A stretch of 63,087 nucleotides of DNA, the filler included, from Klebsormidium nitens (taxonomy: Eukaryota; Plantae; Klebsormidiophyceae): assembly GCA_000708835.1 (NCBI GenBank). It is 7 parts of 7 records of this genome, joined end to end, with 100 filler letters (N's around TTAATTAATTAA, not from the genome) between each part and the next. Parts side by side here need not be neighbours in the genome. Positions count along the whole stretch, not along the records: positions 30,238 to 57,692 come from DF237811.1; 6 more parts are not named here. The stretch is one strand, 5' to 3'. The position numbers and the translations under genes are program-made. The notes under the pieces were generated by a model, which made no database searches, was not told the origin of the DNA, and saw only the letters and a list, made by a program, of their open reading frames with translations. This document shows, piece by piece, positions 45,417-56,400 of the stretch. The first letter of the stretch is position 1. Every line of letters begins with the position of its first letter.

Positions 45417-45609
45417 GACTATACGCTCAAGTCAGGCTACCAGATACTTATATTCCAAGCTTCTCCCAACCGAAGGTGTGACTCTGAGCTCCGACCACAA
45501 TGAACCAGATGGAGCTACCGTAGCCTCAGCGATCCGGCCAAAAGATGGTCAGTCACGACTCACGACCCTATTAAATTTTGTTCCAGGCTACGGGCATGTA
45601 CGGGCGCGA

Positions 45610-46145
45610 GGTAGACCCTACGAACCCACAACCTTCACATTTACCCGGGCGCGATCGCCGCGGTCGCGTGAAATTCTACTCAGTGAAATTTTGCCGCACC
45701 GTAGACTGCCGACACGTGGCAGAATTCAGGCAGGTTGTTCGCGAATCCAGTCTGCGTTTCAGACCTGTAAGAACTGCCCCTGTCCCCCGGTCAACCCGGT
45801 CATACCATAACAGGCCTGTATTTGGCGACAAGTCCGCCCGGTGTGTTCTGTGAACCTTGGGGTCGACCGAGCACTCCTCTAGGCTTTAGAAGTCCCCGGT
45901 AGAGACCTTAGCTTGTGAACCTTACCAAGCGGACTTGCGGCCAAAAACAGGCCTGCAATGGTCTGACTGCCTCACCCGGGGGACAGGACATTTCTTACAG
46001 GTCTGAAACGCAGACTGGATTCTGAGACAAACCTGCCTGATTCTGCTAAGTGTCGGCAGTCTACGGTGCGACAAGATTTCACTGAGTGAAATTGCGCGGC
46101 TCTGCCCGGGTCAATTTTGAAGGTTGTGGGTTCGTAGGGTCTACC
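45610..46145. mobile_element. Non-autonomous Mutator-like (MULE) element
   Basis: Long (~230-bp) imperfect TIRs starting ggtagaccctacgaacccacaaccttca, and a perfect 9-bp TSD CGGGCGCGA (45601-45609, 46146-46154). Confidence 0.9.
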
Positions 46146-47305
46146 CGGGCGCGAAGCCTGGTCACGTTTCCAATCATCTTATGTCATCATTGAAGTTGCA
46201 AAAGTAAATGCACTGGTCTTTGACGGTCCACTCAAGTCAATGGGGTCTGCGCCTTCACAAGTTCACAGTGGTTTTCTCCGGCTAGCCCATGCGCATAAAG
46301 CATCCCTGAAAGCTTGCGAGCGATTCTGAGAGCAATTCAATTGTACTGTATTTTACTGCCGGGTTTCAATCCCGCGCGAGAGCCCAAACTCAATGCCGGC
46401 CCGGCGGATTCAAAATCCAGACTGGCATCTGTCAGATTTGTCACGTTTCCTGCTAGCAGGCTGTGCTACGGTATCCGATCAACCGACCATGTTCTGTTGC
46501 ATCCCCAGGGGACACTACCGGCAATCAGCAACTACAACCGGGGACGAAAATCAGGCACTGGTCAGTCACGAAGCTCTGCCCAAGTACAGAGCATTGAGCT
46601 CATCAAGCTCGGGTGCAAATCCCCGCTTCAAGTATTGTCGGGACAGGGCGGGAGTGGAGGACCGGAGCCATACCTGAATTAATTTCCCGGTTGCCGTAGG
46701 TACCTACTTCACCTTGAAGGCAACATTTGCCTGCAAGCACTGATCTCCGATCTCTTCGCATCCAGGATCGAGTTTAGAAATCCCTAGCATATTCTCAGCT
46801 AGTCCATCTGCAATGTGCACCATTCTCGCCTGCGCATTCGCTGGCCAGCTCGCTGCCCCATTGCCCAGAGCCTCCGTTCCAGCTGGTGCAGCTGCCACAG
46901 CCTGCCGGGGAGGCGCTTCAGTCGCGTCTCACATTGATGACGGGCCAGGGGAGCAGTAGGGCGCTGAAGGGCTAGCTTGGTTGGGGGACTGCTTACAGCG
47001 GGGCGGGCATGCTCTGACCCCTTGTGGCGAACCAGAGAGGACGCTCCTGGTGCGGGAGATGGATGTGGCTTCAACGAGGACAACATGGCCCACTGCAGGA
47101 CAGCAGTGGCCGCCAGGCAGAGCTGGCAGAGGAGGAGTGCCATCGCAGGCATGCGTGCAGCATGCCAGCACAATGCAGCAGAGCAATGAGCAAACAGTTG
47201 AAGGCTGATTTAACCCAGACTGCTCAATTGCCGCCAATTCACAACTGGATTCTGCACGCTTAACCCCCACATTTCCTGGAGAGTAATACTAGTGAACTTT
47301 AGATT

Positions 47306-47390
47306 GCACGCTTATTTTTGAACGCTTACATTTTGCACGCTTACATTTTGAACGCTTACCGTTGGCACGCTGAGGTTTTGCACGCACTTT
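47306..47390. repeat. ~15-bp tandem repeat G(C/A)ACGCTTACATTTT, about 5-6 copies
   Basis: Read directly: gcacgcttattttt, gaacgcttacatttt, gcacgcttacatttt, gaacgcttaccgttg, gcacgctgaggtttt, gcacgc. Confidence 0.85.
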
Positions 47391-47454
47391 CTTCGAGGGT
47401 CCCCATCATAGACCAGTAGCAATCAGGTGCTGCTGCCCCCACTTGGGCGCCAGC

Positions 47455-49389
47455 ATGGTCCACCTGTCCTCCTCCAGTGCCACCGCCAGCACGCCCGCGC
47501 GCCCGCGCGCCACCCGCGTCAAGCAGGAGCCCACCAGCCTGCCCTTGGCTCAGGGTGAGGACCCTGCTCTCAATCCTCCGCCAGTGTCCTGGCTTGTGGC
47601 CCTGCATTGCAACTCGAGGTCGCCTTTTGCTCTGGGGAGGATGCCCAAAGCTGTCTCTTGAAGTTTGCCCTCTGCGACATGTGCTTCACCCCCTGGCCTT
47701 TTGCTGGAAAAGACATCTATCAATGCGGAACGATGTTTGACCCCCTCTCGTTGCCCGCCTGCAGCTGCAGCCTCCCCTCGCGCCGCGTGTGTTACTGAGG
47801 ATGCGTACGCACGGGCGGCGGGCCTGCCGTCCCCCAGCTCGGCCGTGTCCCCTGCGGGCGCCTGGAGCGTTGCTTGCAAGCAGGAGGACGAAAGTGCGGA
47901 CGGCGGGGAGAGCGCACGCCGCAGGCCCAAGCTGAGTGCAGCACACGTGGAAGCCCTGGAGGGCATCTTTGAGAGGGACCCCGCAGGAGCGCCAGGTGAG
48001 GATGGAGCCACCCAGCTAGCGACACTCTGCACTGTTGGACGTCATTGGGAAATGGTTGCCTGACCGTGCAAAGGACCCAATGTGCTCTTCCAGAGAGTGT
48101 GCGACAATCTTGTAACACAACAGCAGGGGCAACTGCCTCTGAGGTGCACCGGTGCCAAACTCAAGGCCCATCAGACAGCAGCGAGCTGCCTCGTATCCTC
48201 TTGCTCGCCTGCCCAACCAGTATGCCCGCCGGGCGTCCTGTCACCATGTTTGCAATGCTGGGCTTCTGATGCGCAGCTGCTGACCGTTGCTTCTGCCTGG
48301 CGTTGCTGCAGGCAAGCGTGCGGCGCTGGCGCGGCAGTTTGGCGTGTCCCAGCAGCAGATTGCCACCTGGTTCCAGAACCGGCGCGCCCGGCAGCGCACC
48401 AGGCAGCTGCAGCACGACTTTGACCTCCTCAGAAAGTGCCTGCGCGCCGCTTTCACGGAGAACCAGGCCCTCAAACTAGAGGTGCGCGCATCCCAGGGTC
48501 CTCGGCTTGGCCGCTGCCTGTTCAGCAGCTAAGCCCTGCGTCAACGATGCCTGCATCCCCTCTACCTTGCCTTACCTCCCCCCGTTACGTGCTTGGCCCC
48601 TGCAGAAGCCGGTGGTGCCTGCGGAATCTCCCATTGAGTTCGTGCATCCCTCCCCGCCCTGCCTCAATCTGCCCCCCTCCCTGACCCTGCCCTTCCTCTC
48701 CGCAGCTCGACGACCTCCGCCAGGCGCACGCCCACTGCCTTCTTCCCCCCAGCTCCCCGCCCGCTGCACCCGCTGTCGCCTCAGCCAGCCTGCCTGCCCT
48801 CCGCAACCTGCCCGCACCCTTTGCTCCCCCCCAGCCTGGCTCTCCCGAGAAGCGCCCCCGCCGCACCCTGTCAGCGCCACTGCTGAAGCGCGCGCGCCTG
48901 TCCCCAGCGGAGCCTGCGCCGGCCCCGCTTGCCGCGGCACCACCACACGAGGCCCCACTGCCCGCGCTGCCTGTTCCCTTTGTGCTGCCCACTTCGACAA
49001 TGCCCCTGCCGGTTGTTGCCGCCGGGAGCGGGGGTGATGAGGTGCACTCCGGAGGCGCCCGTTCGGCTTGCTTCCCTGCGGCGCCTGAGGAGACGACTTT
49101 GGACGAAGCCTTCCGCGACCTGCTGACGAGTGACCCGCTGGACGGCGGCCTGGGCGGCATGGGCCACCACAGTGCGCCCGCGCCTGACCTGGCCTGGGGC
49201 GGGTACGCCGCGCAGGGGGATGGCGCGGGGGCCGCGGAGTGGGGGGCCATGGAGTGGGAGGGCGAGGCGGACAGCGCGCTGGAGGGCCTGCTGAGCGCGC
49301 ACGCGCTGGACCCCATGTTCGACCTGGAGGCCGCCAGCCAGGCGTGCGCGCGCGAAGACCTCAAGATGCAGGCCGCGTGGTGGCATTAG
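47455..49389 (+). CDS. Homeodomain-leucine zipper (HD-Zip I/II-like) transcription factor, 4 exons
   Basis: Exons 47455-47554, 47765-47995, 48312-48481 and 48706-49389 give RRRPKLSAAHVEALEGIFERDPAGAPGKRAALARQFGVSQQQIATWFQNRRARQRTRQLQHDFDLLRKCLRAAFTENQALKLELDDLR and an acidic tail ending AAWWH. Confidence 0.85.
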
Positions 49390-50759
49390 CGCGCCACCTG
49401 CCCAAGGGGAGCCATGCCAACAGGAGGTATGGCCGAAGCAACTTGTAACATAGCCCATGTGTCGAACAGCCTTCCAAGAAACTGCACGCTATGGTCGCTC
49501 GCTTGCATGCTCACGAGCTGCGGGGCGACGACTTCTACATGAGGAAGTGGCGGCACGGCACTGCACGCGCAGGACATGCCCGCAGAGTAAAGATTGCTCA
49601 ATTTTGGCAAGCTAGCTCGCACTGATAACATTGGAGAATTGTGGCTTAAAGCCAGGACATTCTGTCGTAGGGCTTACTGCTAGAGGTGCGCGCGTTGATT
49701 TGGACAACGGTTTCTGACTAGAGGCACGCGCCAAACGTTACTGTAGAGTACCCACAGGCTGCAGCGCGCTTCAACGCGGCACCAACACCCAGAGGACTCG
49801 GAAGGCGTTCCAGTGCTTTGTGGCCTTTAGGAGTGGATCAATTGAACTTGACAGCTCGCGAACTCTAAGGACTGCAAATTATAAGCATGTCCAGACCAAG
49901 TGCATCATTCATTGACCCAGGCAGCAGTACCTTAATCTGCATGCCCGGCCCGAATACTAGGAATCACCACATTGGCCATAGGCTTCCATGGCATATACAT
50001 GGGAATCAATGTTCGTCACTTGAACGCCTAGCTGTGACCCCACCGCATGCATCTTAGTGTACTACGTTAGTAAGTTACATACCTAGTTTGTCAACTTCTC
50101 CAGATGGCTATACAGGCTCAGACCTGCGCCAGCGACATAGCTACGCTTTCCCCGGGGGTACAGGCTATTGATCTGATGAAATATAGTTGTCGATCCGACT
50201 AGCTAATCATTAGGGGAAATGTATGATGTACATGACGGCCGTACTTTATTTGTTCAGCAGTCCACATGCTGAGTCAGCGCTTAGTGCCCATATACTATCC
50301 CAGCACTTGTGAGAATTTACGAAACCATGCCATGTGAATTATGCATGATCGATGCTGCAGCATGCAAGTTATAGACGAACTCAAAGCTAGGTGATTATAC
50401 GCTTAGGTAGAACATGATGAGGAACTAAGAACACGTTTGATCGATCCGATCATACCAGCAAACAAGGTTGAAGCATGGTGGCCAGGCTGTACGTTGCATA
50501 GATCCCACAAATTTGGTGCATTCGTATGCGTCCGTACAACTGTACCTCACAATTTGGCCTCAACTTTACTGTCAATTGAATTTGGTTGCCAGCTAGCACT
50601 GCGCAGCGGGCCTCATATCTCATGTTCTCTACACCTGTTGCGTGCCTCTCAAAAGTATACAGATCTCGTAACCTCTACTCTGGGTTCTGCTGAACCTTCC
50701 GCTGTGAGCCGTGACCCGAAAGACGATTTAGGGCAGTGATCTCGTGCCGTCATGAGTAT

Positions 50760-53700
50760 CTCTTTGGGTTAACTACTGACGTACGCTGTCACGTGTTTTA
50801 CGATCTCGTCCCTCGCTGTGGCTGCCTTGGCCCTCATTGCGTAGTCGGCGCTCGCCGCCTCGACCTCTGCCAGCTGCTTGTGAGCTCGATGCAGCAGCGT
50901 CAGCAACTCCGTGGCCGCCCCCCCAGACCTGCACGCAGAAATTGAACGGTATCACTTCCGTTCTCAAAGTGATTGTTCTCGGACGGGGAAGCTTCGAATG
51001 CGGGCATGTGTCTCAGACTCGTCAACTGCCAGGACAGGGACATGGCACATCGGATCTGCACGAAGTCAGCGGCACCTCTAGCAAATCACTCCCCGCTGAA
51101 ATTCCCTCGTCCAGAAACCACTCGGGGCTTTGTCTTTTGAAGAAAGGACAGGTGCATAAATTCGGTTATTCACCCACGCTCTCCACAAACAAATCATCTC
51201 AAAGCAGATAGAAACGCCAAACGTGCTTTGGCGGGAGCTACGAGAGGCTTGCAGCAAGGTCAAGGTCGTCCGTTGTCCTCCTATGTTTGCATATCGCGGG
51301 AAGCTGAACGGGCATGCCGGCGGAACCTGACTGGGCAAGCTTCCCACTTGTCCGCTCCACGTGCGCGTACCTCCTCCCGCCTGTCCCGAGCGGGCTGCCA
51401 CCCGCCTCCTCCAGCACCCGCTCCACGAGCGCCACCAGCTGTCGCTCCGCGCCCTCGCGCACCCAGGCCTCGAGAGCCGGCCCAACGGCCTCCGGGCAGG
51501 ACCCGCCATCCTCCGGCCGGTTGCCCGTAGCAGAGAGCGCCTCTCCGGTGTGCTCTGCTGGGGCCGCCGGGTAGGTCGCCCTCGTGCTGCTGCCCTGCTG
51601 CCATTCTTGGGCGGCGCTGCCTTCCCCGGCCTCGCCAGCCTCCGCAAGCATGCTGGCCCGACCGCGGTCGCCTTTGTCGGGCTGCCCCTCGTCGCCTGCC
51701 GGCCCTGCCCCCGTGGCCTCCCTGCGCCTTGCGGGGCTCTGCCCTTCGGCCCGAGCTTGCAGGAGGGGAGGGGCCGGGGTGGTGACGACTGCGCCTGCCC
51801 GCCGGGTACCGTGCCTCCCGCCACCGCTCAGCAGCGACCTGGCGGCCAGCGCGGGACTGCTGCTGGGGGCGACCCCAGTCCTGGGCACACCGTTGGGCGG
51901 AGTGACGCGTGCGCCAGGCACGGGCGGCGGCAGGGAGGCCAGGCCGCCCGAGAGAGCCGCCTCGACCCAGGCAGCCGCCCAGGCGGGCCGGTGCGCGCCC
52001 AGCTGGCGGCCTGCACGGATGGGGGGGGACTGCATCAGCGGTTCTCCGTGCAGCTGCTGCTTCCAGGTCAGGGAGAAGCAGAGGAGAGAGCGTTGCAGCA
52101 ACATCGTCGTACGCGATTGGTGCTTTGTCACCAGCACTCAGCTGGCGGAAGCTCGTAGGAGCTCGACCACGTCCTCCGAATTTTGCAACGGAAACTCGAA
52201 GCAGACCGTCACCCAACGCACTTCCGTCAGCGGGGCCTGCACGATCCCGTTCCCCCAGCCTGTGCTCTTCATTGCCGACAACATTGTTGTCGTGAAGAGT
52301 GTCTTTGACTCATCAACTCGAAGTGGAATCTATTGAAGCACTCTGTTACGCAAGCGGAGATCGACATAGAAGTCGTTGACGGCAGGACCAGATATAATCA
52401 GCTCAAGTACTAGAAAGAGCGGCGGCCATAGCAGGGTCCTCCCTACCGTGGCCCTCCTCGCGCAGCGTGAGCAGCGCCTGCAGGGCGGCTTGCGGAGGCC
52501 CTCCCGCGCTGAGATCCTGCATGCTGGTGTACACGCGCGCCGCATGGAGCACGTTGTCCAGGTGCGCAGCCGCCGCCAGTGCCGCCGCAGCGCGCGAAGC
52601 ACTCTCCTCCCGCGTCCGCACTGCAGCCTGTGCCAGGTGGCGCACGCCTGGCTCAGCTGGGGCAACAGAAACGATTGACGGAGTCGCACAAACAGAGGGA
52701 CGCAAAGCTTTGTATGGGCATCGGTGGCAGTAGGAGGTGCGCAGCCCAAGAAGGCAACTTGGAGCACACATGGTTCAGCGCCTCTGCCACTTCCCAGTAC
52801 CCCACCCAAAGCTGCGAGCCACAGCGAGGGGCGCAGCTCAGGCCCACCGGGCGGGGCTGCGCCACGGAGAAGTTGGAGAACTGATCCGCATGAGAGAACA
52901 ATGAAGAAAGCGGCTTGCTTGGCAAAGGAAACGCTTGGCTGCAGACAACTTTGCCGCTGCCTTGGGGCCCTCACCTGCAGGAGCGCCTCCAGGGACTGGT
53001 CAGCAGGCCCACTCTCAAGCGCCGCCACGGCAGTGTCACAGAGGCTTCCGTTGCAGGCGGAGGGATGAGCGGGGCAGGCAGGGAGGCCAGGCAAGCAGAC
53101 AGGCTGCTCTCGGTCCTGCAGCAGCAACAGGGGACGCTTTGGACGCAGGCAGACAGAGGGGCAGCTGCGCAGAAAGGGCAAGGAGCCTGGCAAAAGACCT
53201 GGCCAAAGCAGCGGCACAGGCGTAGTTTCACACGTGTGATACTGGGGGTACTCCAGGCGCCCTTACGGAGGCCCACTCCTGGGGGCACACTCCCAGTGCC
53301 ACTTACAAGCTGCCCATTCTTGCCCTGCTCTGCTGCACTACCGCAAGGCACCCATGGTAGTGTGACAGCCAGATCGCGCACCAACGCATAGTCTCTCTGC
53401 TGGCGCCTCACTTCCAACGAGGGCGACGTTACTTCCGAGGAAGCCTCGCGCGGCGAGCACGGCATTGCGTCTGACAAGGACTGCGTGGAGTCAGCGCTGC
53501 CAGAGGGAGCCTCCCGCAAGGCCCGCCGCGCCTGGGAACCAACAGGACTCTCTTGTCAGTGTGGAGCGACTGCCCGGTGCCAGGGTCAGCGGGAATACGC
53601 AACAGCGGAGGCAGCAAGGAGAGGCGCCGGGACGAGGATGTCCATGGTGGTGATGGAGGCGGTCCAATCGGTGGCGGTTGTGCAGGTGACGGTCACTCAT

Positions 53701-54477
53701 GTGGGGACAGCTGACAGCATTCAAGGACAGGGGCAATGCTGGTGGAAGGCAAGCCAGTGAGCCCTCAGAGCGGGTCGCCCCCTCCTGCTGCCTCACCCCT
53801 GACAGCCTGGAAACATCCACCTGCCATCGGGACGTGCGCGGCACAGAGACACCCCACGGCCCAGCGCCCCCCTCCTGAAGCAGGACACTCGCCCCCCGCA
53901 CGCCAGGTGCCGCTCCTTGCTCAGGGTCTCCCGCCTGGCTGGGAGCCTTGGGTGAGCTGCCGGGAGACTGAGGGGGAGCTTGCAACCGCACTGCCAGGCT
54001 TGCATTGGTCTGAACGTCTGGGGAAGTGCGCTGCAGATCATAGAAACGCTTATCAGCCTGCTCCATTAGCAATGCAGCGCAAATTGTTCCAAATGCTGTC
54101 ACAATGCGTCTACCAACAGGTTTGCATCTACATCATTGTCTGCTCACCTCAGGTGTGGGTGGTGGTTTTTCAGCTGGGGCTCCTGGTCGGCCAGAACTCT
54201 CCCTCAAACCACAGATGTCGGGTTCACCGCCTGGCGCCGCTGCCAGGCCGGAGGTGTCGCATGGTGTCAAAGGGGACTGTGCGGTCACCTCTGCTTGGGG
54301 GGCACCACTGCAAACAGCAAGAGCCTCTGGAGCAACAACGCGCTGCTGCTCCGGTTCCCTTGTCTCTTGCTGCCTCTGACGTCCCCCAGGTGCTTCGGCA
54401 AGGGCAGCACGCACTGGGGCGCGGTCGCCATTCTTGCTGCCATCACCTCCCTTCAATCTTCTCCACAACCTCTTCAT
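50760..54477 (-). CDS. Multi-exon Ala/Pro/Gly-rich hypothetical protein; exon structure uncertain
   Basis: Probable first exon MKRLWRRLKGG...PPPTPE|gtgag (54477-54150), further GC-rich exon-like blocks at ~52440-52640, ~51360-52300 and ~50800-50930. No domain recognised. Confidence 0.4.
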
Positions 54478-54626
54478 ACGCGTCTATCATGCAGGGCAAT
54501 CTGCAACAAGACTCTCGCATACTCAGAGCCTGCAGTCGCCTCCCTGATCAGGCACAGAAGATGGCAGTGATGCAATGCGCCCCAATGCCATTGCCATTGG
54601 CAAGCGCTGCCTACAGTACCGTACGA

Positions 54627-54926
54627 CCAAGGTATGATTCCGAATAAATAAATAATTATTTGCATTCGGAAAGTTGGAAACTCCGGATAAGCAGTCGGAT
54701 TCTGCCTTTTCGGAAACCGAAAATAATTGCTAAATCCCGTTCGGAAAGTAATTTGTAGGCCGTATGAGTATACGGTACATACCGTTTTCGGCTACAAACC
54801 TCAAATATGTAGGTACCGAGGTACCTCCTGGCCATTCGGATTTAGGGTCGGAAAGTGGAAAATAATACATGATTTGGGCTCGCATTCGCTAAAATAATTG
54901 CCTTTTTCGAGCATTCGGAATCATAC
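54627..54926. repeat. TTCGGAA-rich ~300-bp unit with a 14-bp inverted repeat, overlapping the Harbinger left TIR
   Basis: gtatgattccgaat (54632-54645) / attcggaatcatac (54913-54926). The left end matches the inverted copy at 7246-7294. Confidence 0.6.
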
Positions 54927-56400
54927 ACTGTTCACACATGTTTTCTGCAGGTCCAGGCAGGTACCGGTCGCCGACGGGCGGTCCGACCGGAAAATGCTGG
55001 GTTGTTCACACTACCATTCTGGGCAGGCGCCGGCGATCACCGGCCGCGGGGCCGGACGTCCGCAGCAGATTTTTATGGTCGAGACGGACGGTACCAGGGA
55101 ACATGTCATCTTTGGAGAGCTGATTGCTGTAGCATCATTCTATGTCTACACTGCACTCAAAGGACATTACATCGAGGCCGCCGTCATGAAGCTCTTGAAA
55201 AGCATCATGGATCTTGGGGCTGCCATGCTCATGATCATGGTTGCATTATCTGGATACATAGAAGAGAGTAGCATGAACTTTCGCGGAAGAGACTGGTGGG
55301 TTTTCCCTAAACAACAAACGGAATGGGACGTTATTCAAGGAGAGGTCTGGAGGCTTTCTCCTGCCTTGCTTGATGAGAAGTGGGTAGAGAATTACAGAAT
55401 GTCATACATAACTTTCGAGGAGCTTGTCGAGGATCTGACACCATACATCCAGCAAGAGGATACAAGATGGAGGAAAGCTGTACCTGTAGATAAGGCTGTG
55501 GCAATGGTTCTATTTCGTCTTGCACATGGTTATTCACCAAAACATGTGGGACGCTTTTATGGAGTAGGGGGAAGCACCATTGTCAAATATACAGATCTGA
55601 TTGTAGATGCACTCTCCGATCAAAACAAGTTGCGCAGCAAGTACATACAAGTGCCCTCGGGAACCAACCTCAAGAGAATCATAGCACGGTTCAAGGCAGG
55701 CACAGGATTGGACAACATGTGTGGGGCCATTGATGGGTCTCATATCAAACTGTACAAGAAACCAGCAGCTAAGTATGTGCCCGCACAATACTGGAGCAGG
55801 CACGATATGCACTCTATCTTACTACAGGGAATCTGCGACTACGACAAGGTCTTCTGGAGTGTCGCTTGCCGGCAGCCTGGGGGGTGTCATGATGCCGCCC
55901 ACTTGAGGACCACCCAGATCTGGGAGGAATTGAGAGGAGGGCAAGTGTTACAAGAGCCAGTCGTTAGAATTCAAGGCAAAGACATCAAGCCCTACATTGT
56001 GGGTGATAGTGCATACCCTCTGATGTCGTTTCTGCTTAAAGCTTTCAACAATAGAGCCACGGGCAGCCCTGATCAGAATCTGTTTGACAAGCACCTTAGG
56101 AAAGGGAGAGTCAAGATAGAGAATGCTTTTGGCATACTGAAGAATAGATGGCAGATCCTTAAGAACTTGAATGTAGTGCTGCCTTCAGCACCAAAAGTTG
56201 TGATAACATGTTGTGTCCTTCACAACATATGCCAAAGGGCAGGCGAACCAGGAGACAATGTGGACTTATTAGATCCGCAGAATAACAATCTAAATGACGA
56301 GCACATTCCCCCCTTGATGTCGGAATATGCTAGCAAGAGGATTGGCCAAGACTTTCGAGCTGCATTGTTGAGAGACTTTGCTTTGAGAAACATAGAGTAG
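54898..56400 (+). CDS. Harbinger/PIF DDE transposase (HARBI1-like); true start probably downstream, ~55076
   Basis: ENYRMSYITFEELV, LFRLAHGYS, CGAIDGSHI, LQGICD, PGGCHDAAHL, VGDSAYPL, RVKIENAFGILKNRWQIL and CCVLHNIC; DDE triad present. Confidence 0.95.
   Translation: MPFSSIRNHTLFTHVFCRSRQVPVADGRSDRKMLGCSHYHSGQAPAITGRGAGRPQQIFMVETDGTREHVIFGELIAVASFYVYTALKGHYIEAAVMKLLKSIMDLGAAMLMIMVALSGYIEESSMNFRGRDWWVFPKQQTEWDVIQGEVWRLSPALLDEKWVENYRMSYITFEELVEDLTPYIQQEDTRWRKAVPVDKAVAMVLFRLAHGYSPKHVGRFYGVGGSTIVKYTDLIVDALSDQNKLRSKYIQVPSGTNLKRIIARFKAGTGLDNMCGAIDGSHIKLYKKPAAKYVPAQYWSRHDMHSILLQGICDYDKVFWSVACRQPGGCHDAAHLRTTQIWEELRGGQVLQEPVVRIQGKDIKPYIVGDSAYPLMSFLLKAFNNRATGSPDQNLFDKHLRKGRVKIENAFGILKNRWQILKNLNVVLPSAPKVVITCCVLHNICQRAGEPGDNVDLLDPQNNNLNDEHIPPLMSEYASKRIGQDFRAALLRDFALRNIE

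Noticed and set aside
46704-47173. Short ORFs between the MULE and the HD-Zip gene
   Set aside because: No consistent exon chain or domain; cannot be supported as a gene.
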